From: Thermoproteota archaeon
GTDB taxonomy: Archaea; Thermoproteota; Thermoprotei_A; Sulfolobales; Ignisphaeraceae
Reading direction: 5' to 3'
Length of the DNA: 64,000 bases
Assembly: GCA_030550585.1 (NCBI GenBank)
Contig: JAUQPB010000001.1
Coordinates: forward strand, 512,001-576,000
Shown one piece after another: positions 1 to 9,656 of this stretch; within the stretch, counting starts at the first letter, position 1; every line of letters starts with the position of its first letter. The position numbers and the translations under genes were made by a program. The notes beneath the pieces are model-generated. The model did not search any database. It saw only the letters and a list, made by a program, of their open reading frames with translations, and had not been told where the DNA came from.

Positions 1-1
1 G

Positions 2-376
2 AAGAATACTGGTAAAAAACATTTGGCATTTAACATTGTTAAACATGCCTTTGAAATTATCCATGTGAGAACGGGGGAGAACCCAATACAAGTTCTTGTT
101 AGAGCAGTAGAGAATGCTGCTCCAAGAGAGGAGACAACTAGGATTATGTATGGAGGTATAGTATATCATGTTGCGGTAGATGTTGCTCCAATGAGGAGGG
201 TAGATTTAGCTATAAGACATTTGACTGAAGGGGCGTACAACTGCTCATTTAGGTCTGTCAAGCCTATTGAGGAGTGTCTAGCAGATGAAATAATCGCGGC
301 AGCGGCTAATGATAGCAAGAGTTATGCTATTCAAAGAAAAGAGGAGATAGAGCGTATTGCTCTGAGCTCTAGGTAG
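2..376 (+). CDS. rps7: 30S ribosomal protein S7 (uS7), 5' end outside window
   Basis: [27 protein letters not shown]...[10 protein letters not shown] uS7 motifs; frame open from position 2; precedes tuf. Confidence 0.97.
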   Translation, partial: KNTGKKHLAFNIVKHAFEIIHVRTGENPIQVLVRAVENAAPREETTRIMYGGIVYHVAVDVAPMRRVDLAIRHLTEGAYNCSFRSVKPIEECLADEIIAAAANDSKSYAIQRKEEIERIALSSR

Positions 377-476
377 AGAACTGGTTTTTCGTTTGATGCG
401 ATGCAACTATACACTTATAAGTTCTACCTGCTCACTTTTTGTTTCTTAGAAGAGTATCGATGAAAGGGTTTGGAAT

Positions 477-1823
477 ATGAGCACAAAACCACATCTAAAC
501 CTAGTTATAATAGGTCATGTAGACCATGGGAAAAGTACGCTAGTTGGTAGGCTGTTAGTAGAGGTTGGTGCAGTAGATGAGAAAACATGGAAAGAAACTG
601 TTGAAGCAGCTATAAAGGCTGGTAAGGAAAGTGAGAAATATGCCTGGTTGCTAGACAGATTAAAGGAGGAGAGAGAAAGAGGGTTAACAATATCGCTTGC
701 CTATAGAAAGTTCGAAACCAACAACTACTACTACACAATAATTGATGCACCTGGCCACAGAGACTTCGTAAAGAATATGATTACTGGTGCAAGCCAAGCT
801 GACGTTGCTGTGCTGGTAGTCTCTGCGAAGAAGGGTGAGTTAGAGGCTGGTATGAGCCCAGAGGGGCAGACAAGAGAGCACATTCTACTAGCTAGGACTA
901 TGGGTATAGACCAGCTCATAGTAGCTGTAACAAAGATGGATACTACAGAGCCTCCATACTCAGAGAAAAGGTTTATGGAGATTGTAGAGCTCTTGACAAA
1001 GTTCCTCAAATCTGTGGGATACAAACTAGATACAGTTACATTTATCCCAGTATCAGGCTGGGTCGGAGACAACGTCACCAAACCCAGTGCAAATATGCCT
1101 TGGTGGAACGACCAGAAGATTGCTGAGCTAAAGAAGAAATACGGTGTTAATGGTGCTAGAACACTTTTGGAGGCTCTAGATGCTGTAAAGGAGCCTCCAA
1201 AGCCCATCGACAAGCCGCTAAGAATACCAATATCAGAGGTATTCGTGATATCTGGTGTTGGCACAGTTCCTGTTGGCAGAGTTGAGACAGGCGTTCTAAA
1301 GGTTGGCGACACAGTAGTCTTTATGCCCCCCAACGTGTCTGGCGAAGTAAGGAGTATAGAGATGCATCACCAGAGAATAGAGAAGGCCATACCAGGAGAC
1401 AACATAGGATTCAACGTGAGGGGCATTTCAAAAGAACAGGTTAAGAGAGGAGATGTTGCAGGCCACCCAACAAACCCACCAACAGTTGTCGACGAATTCA
1501 CTGCTAGAGTGATGATAGTCTGGCACCCAACAGCCATAGCACCCGGCTACACACCCGTAATCCACGCACACACTGCTAGCATACCATGTAGAATAGTTGA
1601 AATTGTTGCTAAACTAGACCCAAGAACAGGTCAGCCAACAGAGAAGAACCCGCCATTCATCAAACAGGGAGATATAGCAATAGTTAGATTCAAGCCTCTC
1701 AAGCCGATGGTCATAGAGAAGTACAGTGACTTCCCACAACTCGGAAGATTCGCAATGAGAGACATGGGCAAAACCGTTGGAATAGGAATAGTAATGGATA
1801 TTAAGCCCGCTGCAAAAGCATAA
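477..1823 (+). CDS. tuf: Elongation factor 1-alpha (aEF-1A)
   Basis: GHVDHGKST, DAPGHRDF, TKMD GTPase motifs; crenarchaeal GELEAGMSPEG insert; LGRFAMRDMG C-terminus. Confidence 0.99.
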   Translation: MSTKPHLNLVIIGHVDHGKSTLVGRLLVEVGAVDEKTWKETVEAAIKAGKESEKYAWLLDRLKEERERGLTISLAYRKFETNNYYYTIIDAPGHRDFVKNMITGASQADVAVLVVSAKKGELEAGMSPEGQTREHILLARTMGIDQLIVAVTKMDTTEPPYSEKRFMEIVELLTKFLKSVGYKLDTVTFIPVSGWVGDNVTKPSANMPWWNDQKIAELKKKYGVNGARTLLEALDAVKEPPKPIDKPLRIPISEVFVISGVGTVPVGRVETGVLKVGDTVVFMPPNVSGEVRSIEMHHQRIEKAIPGDNIGFNVRGISKEQVKRGDVAGHPTNPPTVVDEFTARVMIVWHPTAIAPGYTPVIHAHTASIPCRIVEIVAKLDPRTGQPTEKNPPFIKQGDIAIVRFKPLKPMVIEKYSDFPQLGRFAMRDMGKTVGIGIVMDIKPAAKA

Positions 1824-1841
1824 AGAAGGACTGAAGACACA

Positions 1842-2156
1842 ATGTCATCAATGGTTAGAATAAGGCTTTGGAGCACAGACTCCAACAATCTAAACTATGT
1901 AGTCTCACAAATAGTTGACATAGCAAAGAAAGCAGGCGTAAAAATAAGAGGACCTGTACCACTACCGGTAAAAAGACTTGTTGTGCCAGTGCCAAGACTG
2001 CCACACGGAGAGGGAAGCAAAGTATGGGACAAATGGGAGCTAAGAATACACAAGAGAATAATAGATGTTGAAGCAAACGAACATGTAATAAGACAGATAA
2101 TGAGGGTAAGAGTACCAGAAAATGTATACATAGAGATAGAGATAAGAAGAAAATAA
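1842..2156 (+). CDS. rps10: 30S ribosomal protein S10 (uS10)
   Basis: [28 protein letters not shown] motifs; conserved tuf-rps10 order. Confidence 0.98.
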   Translation: MSSMVRIRLWSTDSNNLNYVVSQIVDIAKKAGVKIRGPVPLPVKRLVVPVPRLPHGEGSKVWDKWELRIHKRIIDVEANEHVIRQIMRVRVPENVYIEIEIRRK

Positions 2157-2199
2157 GTATTTTTGATGTAAAACAAAATATTATAAACGTCTTTTACGC

Positions 2200-2288
2200 G
2201 CCGGGGTGCCCGAGCGGTCTAAGGGGCCGGCCTGGAGAGCCGGTGGGGCTATGTCCCCGCGCGGGTTCAAATCCCGCCCCCGGCGCCA
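2200..2288 (+). tRNA. tRNA-Ser(GGA), CCA encoded
   Basis: GCCGGGG/CCCCGGC acceptor stem, CCGGC-CTGGAGA-GCCGG anticodon arm, long variable arm, GGTTCAAATCC T-arm; TTATAAA TATA box at 2181. Confidence 0.97.
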
Positions 2289-2534
2289 CCTCTCCGCAAT
2301 TCTATTGCCTATGCATATAGCCTTCCAAGAAAGTTTGTTGTCTTGTTATTTACTATTACTTTGAAGCTGGTGTTAGTTTGATGAACCTAGAATATGTTAT
2401 TAATTGCGTATACAAGTATGGTGTTCGAAATAGGTAATAGGTTGATGAAAGTAATCTTTCAATAAAGTTTATATTTTATGGTGCCAGTAGATTGTTGTAA
2501 CATTATGTGTTTATGAAAGAGGGTGTGACTGTTT

Positions 2535-3500
2535 TTGGCGGCAAATACTGTACTTAGTGTCAGAGATTTGAGGATATACTATTTCACTAGTAGAGGGGCT
2601 GTTAGAGCTGTTGATGGGGTTTCATTCGATGTTGGAGAAGGTGATGTTCTTGGTGTTGCCGGCGAGTCTGGCTCTGGCAAGTCCACTCTTGGCTTTGGTA
2701 TAATGGGTCTTGTTCCACCTCCTGGCAGAATTGTTGGCGGTAGTATTGTGCTTGACGGCATTGATCTCACGAAGCTTTCTGAGGATGAGCTTAGGAAGAT
2801 TAGGTGGAGCAAGGTTAGCATGGTTTTCCAAGGAGCTCTAAACGTCCTCAATCCTGTTGTTAGGGTTGGGGATCAGATGGCCGAGGTTCTAGTTATTCAC
2901 AAGGGGCTTTCTAAAGATGAGGCCATGAAAATTGTTGAAGAGCATCTAAAACTTGTTGGTCTTCCACCAGATGTTGCAAGAAGGTATCCCCACGAGCTTA
3001 GTGGTGGTATGAAGCAGCGAGTGGTTATTGCAATGGCTCTTCTTCTCAGGCCAAGACTTGTGATAGCCGATGAGCCTACAACAGCACTCGATGTTGTTAT
3101 ACAGGCTCAGATAATGAATTTGTTGAAGAGGATTAGAGAGGAGGAGAAGGTTTCAATGATATTCATAACACATGATCTAAGCCTAATAGCAGAAATAGCA
3201 AACAAAGTAGCTGTGATGTACGCTGGTAAAATAGTTGAGATGGGCTCTTCAGATGACGTATATTCACAACCCCTACACCCATACACCCAAGGACTTTTAA
3301 ACAGCATACCATCAATTAGAAGAAGAAAGGGCCTTTCATGGATACCGGGCTCACCACCAGATCTAAGAAACCCACCACAAGGCTGTAGGTTCCATCCTAG
3401 GTGCCCATATGCAATGGATATCTGTAGGAGGGAGGAACCCCCTCAAATTGATGTTGGAAACAGTCATGTTGTCTCCTGCTGGCTATATGCAAAAAGGTGA
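2535..3500 (+). CDS. Peptide/nickel ABC transporter ATP-binding protein (OppD/DppD)
   Basis: GESGSGKS Walker A, LSGGMKQR signature, DEPTTALD, C-terminal GCRFHPRCP oligopeptide domain. Confidence 0.95.
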   Translation: MAANTVLSVRDLRIYYFTSRGAVRAVDGVSFDVGEGDVLGVAGESGSGKSTLGFGIMGLVPPPGRIVGGSIVLDGIDLTKLSEDELRKIRWSKVSMVFQGALNVLNPVVRVGDQMAEVLVIHKGLSKDEAMKIVEEHLKLVGLPPDVARRYPHELSGGMKQRVVIAMALLLRPRLVIADEPTTALDVVIQAQIMNLLKRIREEEKVSMIFITHDLSLIAEIANKVAVMYAGKIVEMGSSDDVYSQPLHPYTQGLLNSIPSIRRRKGLSWIPGSPPDLRNPPQGCRFHPRCPYAMDICRREEPPQIDVGNSHVVSCWLYAKR

Positions 3501-3979
3501 GGGGTGGTTAGCAAGTAGATCAGTATGGAGTTTCCCAAGATAAACAACGCTAAGCTAACAGTGGACAGGATCTTGAACGGCTCCTTAAAAACCTTGGCAT
3601 GGAAATTGATTGTCGCATTGCAGTTTCTATCAGATTTTACCAAAGCTATAAACGATGTTGATGGAAGTGAGATAGTAGTTGATTTGTTAGTAGCTTCAAA
3701 GTGACTGTAGTTTCCATGTGAAGCCTCAATAGAGATGTATATAGTGCAGGAGGTGCTTTCTATCTCTATAGATGCATTATCTATCTGTATGCTTTCTCCT
3801 TGTGTGAAATTGGCTAAGGAGAGAAAATAGACTCTACCCTCTTCAAATGAAATATACAATGTATTTTGTAATATATATTCAATTCTATATAGACTAGCAA
3901 AAGCAGTTAGAAGAGCAGATAGCAATAAAACTATGGCTAATGCTAACAGCCTCTGTCTCTGCTTCAATTTACCTAGCAC
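3464..3979 (-). CDS. Hypothetical membrane protein (N- and C-terminal hydrophobic helices around a beta-rich domain)
   Basis: 171-aa ORF with two TM-like segments; divergent from the solute-binding protein across TATA-rich 3980-4030. Confidence 0.7.
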   Translation of the reverse strand: MLGKLKQRQRLLALAIVLLLSALLTAFASLYRIEYILQNTLYISFEEGRVYFLSLANFTQGESIQIDNASIEIESTSCTIYISIEASHGNYSHFEATNKSTTISLPSTSFIALVKSDRNCNATINFHAKVFKEPFKILSTVSLALFILGNSILIYLLTTPHLFAYSQQETT

Positions 3980-4041
3980 AACGATTTTAAGCCCCCATAT
4001 AAATTTAAAACCTTTTTGAAAAACAATTTGATTTCAAGCAG

Positions 4042-6885
4042 GTGGATGGAATGAAGTTTAAAAATATAACGGTATATACTCTACTTACTGTTTTAATGAT
4101 ATCAATAATATCTCCAATAATGCTATATGCACAACAAGCAAACAAGGGGCCAGCATCAGATAGCATAACATTTGTTCAAGTGTCTACTGACAGAGTTGGA
4201 GAGGCATTCAGGTCAGGATCTATAGATGCATACATATATGGCTTGAGACCGACGCAGCTAGACCAATTCCAAGGAGTATCAAATATAAGGTTTGTCTCGG
4301 CGCCAGGAGGTCTAGTCTCAATTGTTCTAAATCCAGCACCAGTAAAAACAGTTAATCTATCTGGTGACTGGACGAAGAAGAGCTTAGATGACATAGCAAA
4401 GGCTGTTGGCTATCCAAAGGCGGTCATATCACAGATATACTATGACAAAGACAAAAATGTTACATATGTTGATCTAGCTGCCGACGGTAACAACATCAAT
4501 CCATTTGCACTAAAAGATGTTAGATATGCCATAAACTTCATAGTTGATAGGGACTTTATAGTCAAGAATATTTATAGAGGCTATGGAGCCCCCATGGTAA
4601 CATTCCTCTCATACTACGACCCAACATACATGCTAATATCAGATCTGATAGCATCGTTTGCGATAAGGTATGACCCTGCATATGCTAGAACGTTGATAGA
4701 AAAGGCATTGACAGCTGCAGGAGCAACTTTGCAAGGCGGCAAATGGTATTATGCCGGGAAGCCAATACAAATAATATTCGTTATAAGGCAAGAAGATGAG
4801 AGAAGAGACATTGGAGATCTTATTGCAACAGAGCTTGAGAACCTCGGATTTGTGGTGAATAAACAGGTTCTAACCTTTGCACAGGCACTTGAAATAGTAT
4901 ATGACTCAGATCCAAAAGAGCTTCAGTGGCATATATACACCGAAGGCTGGGGTAAAGGTGCGTTAGAGAAGTACGACTCTGCATCACCAGCTCAATTTTG
5001 TGCGCCATGGTTTGGTTATATGCCTGGTTGGCAGGTAGAGGGCTGGTGGTGGTACAGAAACGACACAATAGACAACTTAACACAGAAGCTGTACTTCGGC
5101 AAGTTCACGAGTCGTGATGACTATGTAAACACCTATAGAACTGTTGTGGCGATGTGCATGCAAGAATCTGTGAGAATATGGATTGCAACCAGAATGGATA
5201 TCCATGTTGTTAGAGCAGATATGCAAGGACTGACAGAGGATATGTCAGTGGGGCTAAGGTCGCCGTTCAATCTAAAGGGTATGTATGTACCAGGCAAACC
5301 AGATATCACAATAGGTCATCTATGGGTATATACAGCAAGAACAATTTGGAATATATATGGAGGCTTTACAGATGTTTATAGTGTCGATATAGAGAGGGCT
5401 ACATATGATCCGCTAACATGGAGAGACCCATTCAATGGAGAGCCAATACCTATTAGAACCAAGTATACAGTTGTGACAGCAGGACCCAACGGAACATTGG
5501 ATGTGCCACCCGATGCCATAATATGGGATGCTAAACAAGGCAAGTGGGTTAATGTAGCTCCTGGAACAAAAGCTATATCCGTTGTTAAATATGACATGTC
5601 AATGTTTATAGGCTCTAAATGGCACCACGGAATAAACATTACATGGGGCGACATACTGGCTGCCTGGGCACTAGGATTTGATCTAGTCTACAATGATACT
5701 AAGGCAAGCTTCGAAACACCTATATCAGGAGCGAACAAGCCATTCTTCGACACCATAAAAGGTCTGAGAATAATACCACAGAACAACACATTGGAGGTAT
5801 ATGTTAATTATTGGCACTTCGACCCCAACTATATAGCAGACTACGCAGCTTCCACGCCAATTAACCCTGCTGAGCTACTTGTTTTGCAAAACATTATAGT
5901 GTTCGACATGCAGAAATATGCGTTTACAACATCAACAGGCAGAGCAAAGAATATACCAGCTCTAAATCTAGTGCTAAGCGCCCATGCAAAAGACCTTGCA
6001 ACACTCGCACAACAAATGCTATCGGCAAACATCTTCCCAGCAAAATACTTTACAACACCGCAAGGAACTTATATGACACTTGATGAGTGGAAAACAAGGT
6101 TAAATGCATTTATAAACTGGGTTAACCAACATGGCCATGCATGGATATCGCAAGGACCCTTCTACCTAGACTCATTCGATGATAAAGCCCAGAAAGCAGC
6201 TCTAAAAGCATTTAGAGACCCATCATATCCATTTGCACCCGGTTACTGGGTGAAGGGCTCTGCAACACCAGCAACACTAACGGTGCCAGCAACCCCAAGC
6301 ATAATCGTGGGCAATACAACGACATTCCTGGTTAATGTTGTTCCTCCCACACTAACAGTTAGCGGAAGAACAACTGTTGCATCTGGAAACATATATGTGC
6401 AATACATTGTAAAGGATCTTCAAACAAATGCCGTTAAATACATTGGCGAAGCAACCCTTGTGGCAAGCGGAGCAACTCTGCTCACATACCAGATTGTTAT
6501 TCCAGCCGATGTGACAAAGTCAATGGCTCCCTACAATTATTACCAAGTGCAGATACTGGCATTTAGCGATGCTGTTGCAGTCCCAGCCTCGTACACATTG
6601 ACAATCCAGGCCCAGCCAAATATTGCTCAGATGATGTCAAGTGCGATTGCTGGGCAAATAGCTCCCCTGGCAAGCAAGATTGATGCAGTGTCCAATTCGA
6701 TAACAACAGTATCAAACAACATTATTGCTGTAGGCAATGCCATTAGCGATTTACAGAACGCTGTAAGTAATCTGAACAGCGCTGTATCATCAATGAAGAC
6801 ATACGTGATAGTGTTAATAGCGTTGCTTGTAGTATCGCTGATATCGAATGTACTGTTATTGTTAAGGCTTTTTAGAAGATCTTAA
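4042..6885 (+). CDS. ABC transporter substrate-binding protein, family 5 (archaeal large type) with C-terminal coiled-coil stalk and TM anchor
   Basis: Signal peptide, NPF..KDVRYAINFIVDRDFIV, IRQEDERRDIGD, YTEGWG, KWHHG, ISQGPFYL motifs; start may be ATG 4051. Confidence 0.9.
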   Translation: MDGMKFKNITVYTLLTVLMISIISPIMLYAQQANKGPASDSITFVQVSTDRVGEAFRSGSIDAYIYGLRPTQLDQFQGVSNIRFVSAPGGLVSIVLNPAPVKTVNLSGDWTKKSLDDIAKAVGYPKAVISQIYYDKDKNVTYVDLAADGNNINPFALKDVRYAINFIVDRDFIVKNIYRGYGAPMVTFLSYYDPTYMLISDLIASFAIRYDPAYARTLIEKALTAAGATLQGGKWYYAGKPIQIIFVIRQEDERRDIGDLIATELENLGFVVNKQVLTFAQALEIVYDSDPKELQWHIYTEGWGKGALEKYDSASPAQFCAPWFGYMPGWQVEGWWWYRNDTIDNLTQKLYFGKFTSRDDYVNTYRTVVAMCMQESVRIWIATRMDIHVVRADMQGLTEDMSVGLRSPFNLKGMYVPGKPDITIGHLWVYTARTIWNIYGGFTDVYSVDIERATYDPLTWRDPFNGEPIPIRTKYTVVTAGPNGTLDVPPDAIIWDAKQGKWVNVAPGTKAISVVKYDMSMFIGSKWHHGINITWGDILAAWALGFDLVYNDTKASFETPISGANKPFFDTIKGLRIIPQNNTLEVYVNYWHFDPNYIADYAASTPINPAELLVLQNIIVFDMQKYAFTTSTGRAKNIPALNLVLSAHAKDLATLAQQMLSANIFPAKYFTTPQGTYMTLDEWKTRLNAFINWVNQHGHAWISQGPFYLDSFDDKAQKAALKAFRDPSYPFAPGYWVKGSATPATLTVPATPSIIVGNTTTFLVNVVPPTLTVSGRTTVASGNIYVQYIVKDLQTNAVKYIGEATLVASGATLLTYQIVIPADVTKSMAPYNYYQVQILAFSDAVAVPASYTLTIQAQPNIAQMMSSAIAGQIAPLASKIDAVSNSITTVSNNIIAVGNAISDLQNAVSNLNSAVSSMKTYVIVLIALLVVSLISNVLLLLRLFRRS

Positions 6886-7073
6886 TACAATATATAAAGA
6901 ATAATTTTTTATATCATATTTTTAAACCATAATAAACCATAATCTAGACTATATAAAATTTATAAACTTCATTTATTAACTATTCCTTAAGTATTTCATT
7001 GACGTGTCATGCATGGATCGATGCCTATCTAGACTAGATTGGAATGGTATAGATATAGGATGGTGATGTATTA

Positions 7074-8174
7074 ATGTCTGTTGGCCTGGTAATTGTAAGA
7101 AGAGCGGCGTTCTTGGTCTTAGCTTTGATTATAGCAGTTTTTTTAACGGCTTTCATAATAGGTGCTACGGGGTATGTAGATAAGGTTGCTAGAGCCATTG
7201 TAAATGAGGAGGTTAGGGCCTATAGACAGGCATTGTCGAAGATGCCAAATGTCAATCAATCCTATGTAGAGGAGAAGGTGAGGGAGTATCAGCAGATGCT
7301 TATTGCGACTTATGGTCTTGATAAGCCTTGGTATTACAGGGTTCTGCCATTGGTGTATGCAACACTTATGTTCAAATTTGGTGATGTTCAGCAGGTTGGA
7401 GTTGCTGATGTTGCTGGTATGCAACTTCCTGCAAAGGCAAGTGATGTTATCTTGGCTTGTTTGCCTAGAACAATTGTTATGATAACTGTTGCCGAGCTTA
7501 TTGCAATTCTAATTGCATTAATTATAGCACCTTATGTAGCATTTAGAGTTGGTTCGTTAGCAGACAGATTCACGATAATATATGCAGCTCTAACTAATGC
7601 AATTCCCGTGTGGTGGCTAGCACTAATAATGATATTCGTTTTTAGCTATAGGCTTGGTGTTGCCCCACAGCAGTTTAGGGGTGTTATCAGAGCTTTGAGT
7701 GATATGTCAACAGCACTTCTATCCGGGGATTTAAAGGGGTTCATCATGGGTTTTGCAAATGTGTTGAACTACTCATGGTTGCCTATAGTAACCATTGTTA
7801 TTGTTCTCCTAGGACCGTGGATTTACAATGTTAGGGCCATGCTCTTAAGAGTTTCGCGAGAAGATTTCGTTACAGCAGCTATTGCGCGTGGTTTGCCGCA
7901 GAAGGTTGTTTTGCGAAGATATATTTTGAGACCAGCTTTACCGCCGGTGATAACCTCTGTGCTTCTTGGTTTGGCGGGGACTTTGGGAGGTTATATAATA
8001 ACAGAATCGGTTTTTAATTGGCCGGGCATGGGAACACTCTATTACGAAGCTATCACAAGTGGCGATCCAGCAACAATAATTGGTTTGACATATGTGTTGA
8101 CCCTTGTATATGTTATTGCAAGGCTCATACTAGAGGTTCTCTATGTTGTTCTCGACCCTAGGGTGAGACTATGA
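7074..8174 (+). CDS. Peptide ABC transporter permease (OppB/DppB)
   Basis: YGLDKPW, EDFVTAAIARG EAA loop, ITESVFNWPGMG, LDPRVRL end. Confidence 0.95.
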   Translation: MSVGLVIVRRAAFLVLALIIAVFLTAFIIGATGYVDKVARAIVNEEVRAYRQALSKMPNVNQSYVEEKVREYQQMLIATYGLDKPWYYRVLPLVYATLMFKFGDVQQVGVADVAGMQLPAKASDVILACLPRTIVMITVAELIAILIALIIAPYVAFRVGSLADRFTIIYAALTNAIPVWWLALIMIFVFSYRLGVAPQQFRGVIRALSDMSTALLSGDLKGFIMGFANVLNYSWLPIVTIVIVLLGPWIYNVRAMLLRVSREDFVTAAIARGLPQKVVLRRYILRPALPPVITSVLLGLAGTLGGYIITESVFNWPGMGTLYYEAITSGDPATIIGLTYVLTLVYVIARLILEVLYVVLDPRVRL

Positions 8175-9655
8175 TGGAGAGGCTAAAAGGGTTTTGGAAG
8201 CAGATAAGAGAGACCATATGGAGCCAGACAAGCGGAAAAGCGGCTCTGATACTACTTTCAATACTCATTGTTATTGGTGTGGCAGCCGCTCTAGCAATTC
8301 CACCAAACTTTGTATCTATATGGAATGATCCTAAGTATTGGGGTGGCAAACCAAAGAATACTCCACCCAGCTGGTCATCCTTTTTTGGATATCCATGTGT
8401 GCAACATTTTGAGGAGGATTTGAGAGCCCTTGGATACAAACTAAATGTTACAACAAATGAGGTATCCTTAACATATTTATTCACCTATGACTATAAAGGC
8501 GATGGATTTCCACAAGGGGTGGCCCTAAAAATTGATGGAGTTTACGCTAATGGTGTCAGAAGTATAAGGATTGAAGCATATATTACTAGGCCGGATGGGG
8601 TTACAGTACCAGATGTTATAACATATTTGGCAACTGGGGCCAACGGATCTATATCAATTGAAAACATGCTTTTAAATCCGGACACAATTAAACTAGCATC
8701 AACGCTGATAACGCTATATCCACAGTTTCTGCAAGTAGCTGGTGTGAATGATATTGCCATGAATTATCCTATGTATCTATTCGGCAAATACTCGAATACC
8801 TCAAGGATTGTGTCTTTGGGTGGGGTATATAGGGTGTCTGTGGTTGTAAAAGCATCTACCTTAGGTGCTGTGACTATTGACGATGTGAATAAAGTTGTGA
8901 ATGCATTGAAGTCTTCTAAGGACTTTAAATTCGTTGTTGTTGGTACTTGCTATGGTTTGTTAGGAACAGATTATAGGGGTAGAGACCTTGCGCAGGCAAT
9001 GTTTTTCGGGCTTCCAATAGCTCTTTTAATAGGCTTTGGAACAGCATTCTTAACAACAATAATAGGGCTGTTTGCAGGCCTTGCAAGCGGCTATTATGGT
9101 GGTCTCATAGATGAGTTTATTCAAAGGTTTATAGATGTTTTGGGCAGTATACCGACACTTCCAATACTTATTCTAATTGCGGTCTCGGTGCAACAAGCAT
9201 ATGGTGCTAGCCCCTACAAACCTATAATAATGCTTATGGTAATACTATTCACACTTATAGTTTTTGGCTGGGGCGGTCTAGCAATAATAGTCAGGTCCAT
9301 GACCCTAAGCATAAAAGCTGAGGCATATGTTGAAGCAGCTCAAGCTGTAGGAGCATCAAATTGGTGGATCATGACAAAGCATATAATTCCACAGCTACTG
9401 CCATATATAGCGGCCCAGATGGTGTATTCAGCGCCTTCAGCAATATTAACTGAGGCCGGGCTTTCTATTCTGGGTATTCAGCATGGGCTTCCCACATGGG
9501 GTGGAATATTATCTGATGCTAGGCTCTATGGGAATATCAGTTATTGGTGGTGGATATTCCCACCTGGGATAGCCATATCGATAGTCTCTCTAACCTTTGT
9601 GCTCTTAGGCATGTCTATAGAGAGGGTTGTAGAGCCTAGACTGAGGGGGATGTAA
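8171..9655 (+). CDS. Peptide ABC transporter permease (OppC/DppC) with large extracytoplasmic loop
   Basis: LLGTDYRGRDL, YVEAAQAVGAS EAA motif, WWWIFPPG, EPRLR end. Confidence 0.95.
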   Translation: MMERLKGFWKQIRETIWSQTSGKAALILLSILIVIGVAAALAIPPNFVSIWNDPKYWGGKPKNTPPSWSSFFGYPCVQHFEEDLRALGYKLNVTTNEVSLTYLFTYDYKGDGFPQGVALKIDGVYANGVRSIRIEAYITRPDGVTVPDVITYLATGANGSISIENMLLNPDTIKLASTLITLYPQFLQVAGVNDIAMNYPMYLFGKYSNTSRIVSLGGVYRVSVVVKASTLGAVTIDDVNKVVNALKSSKDFKFVVVGTCYGLLGTDYRGRDLAQAMFFGLPIALLIGFGTAFLTTIIGLFAGLASGYYGGLIDEFIQRFIDVLGSIPTLPILILIAVSVQQAYGASPYKPIIMLMVILFTLIVFGWGGLAIIVRSMTLSIKAEAYVEAAQAVGASNWWIMTKHIIPQLLPYIAAQMVYSAPSAILTEAGLSILGIQHGLPTWGGILSDARLYGNISYWWWIFPPGIAISIVSLTFVLLGMSIERVVEPRLRGM

Positions 9656-9656
9656 A

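Noticed and set aside
2290-2534. Two TTGATGA C-box-like words after tRNA-Ser
   Set aside because: No CTGA D boxes at suitable spacing
3381-3500. Similarity between oppD and oppF 3' ends (10590-10715)
   Set aside because: Ordinary paralogous GCRFHPRCP domain, not a mobile repeat
6923-6942. Tandem TAAACCATAA x2 upstream of oppB
   Set aside because: Only two copies in AT-rich sequence; not CRISPR and too weak to call an operator
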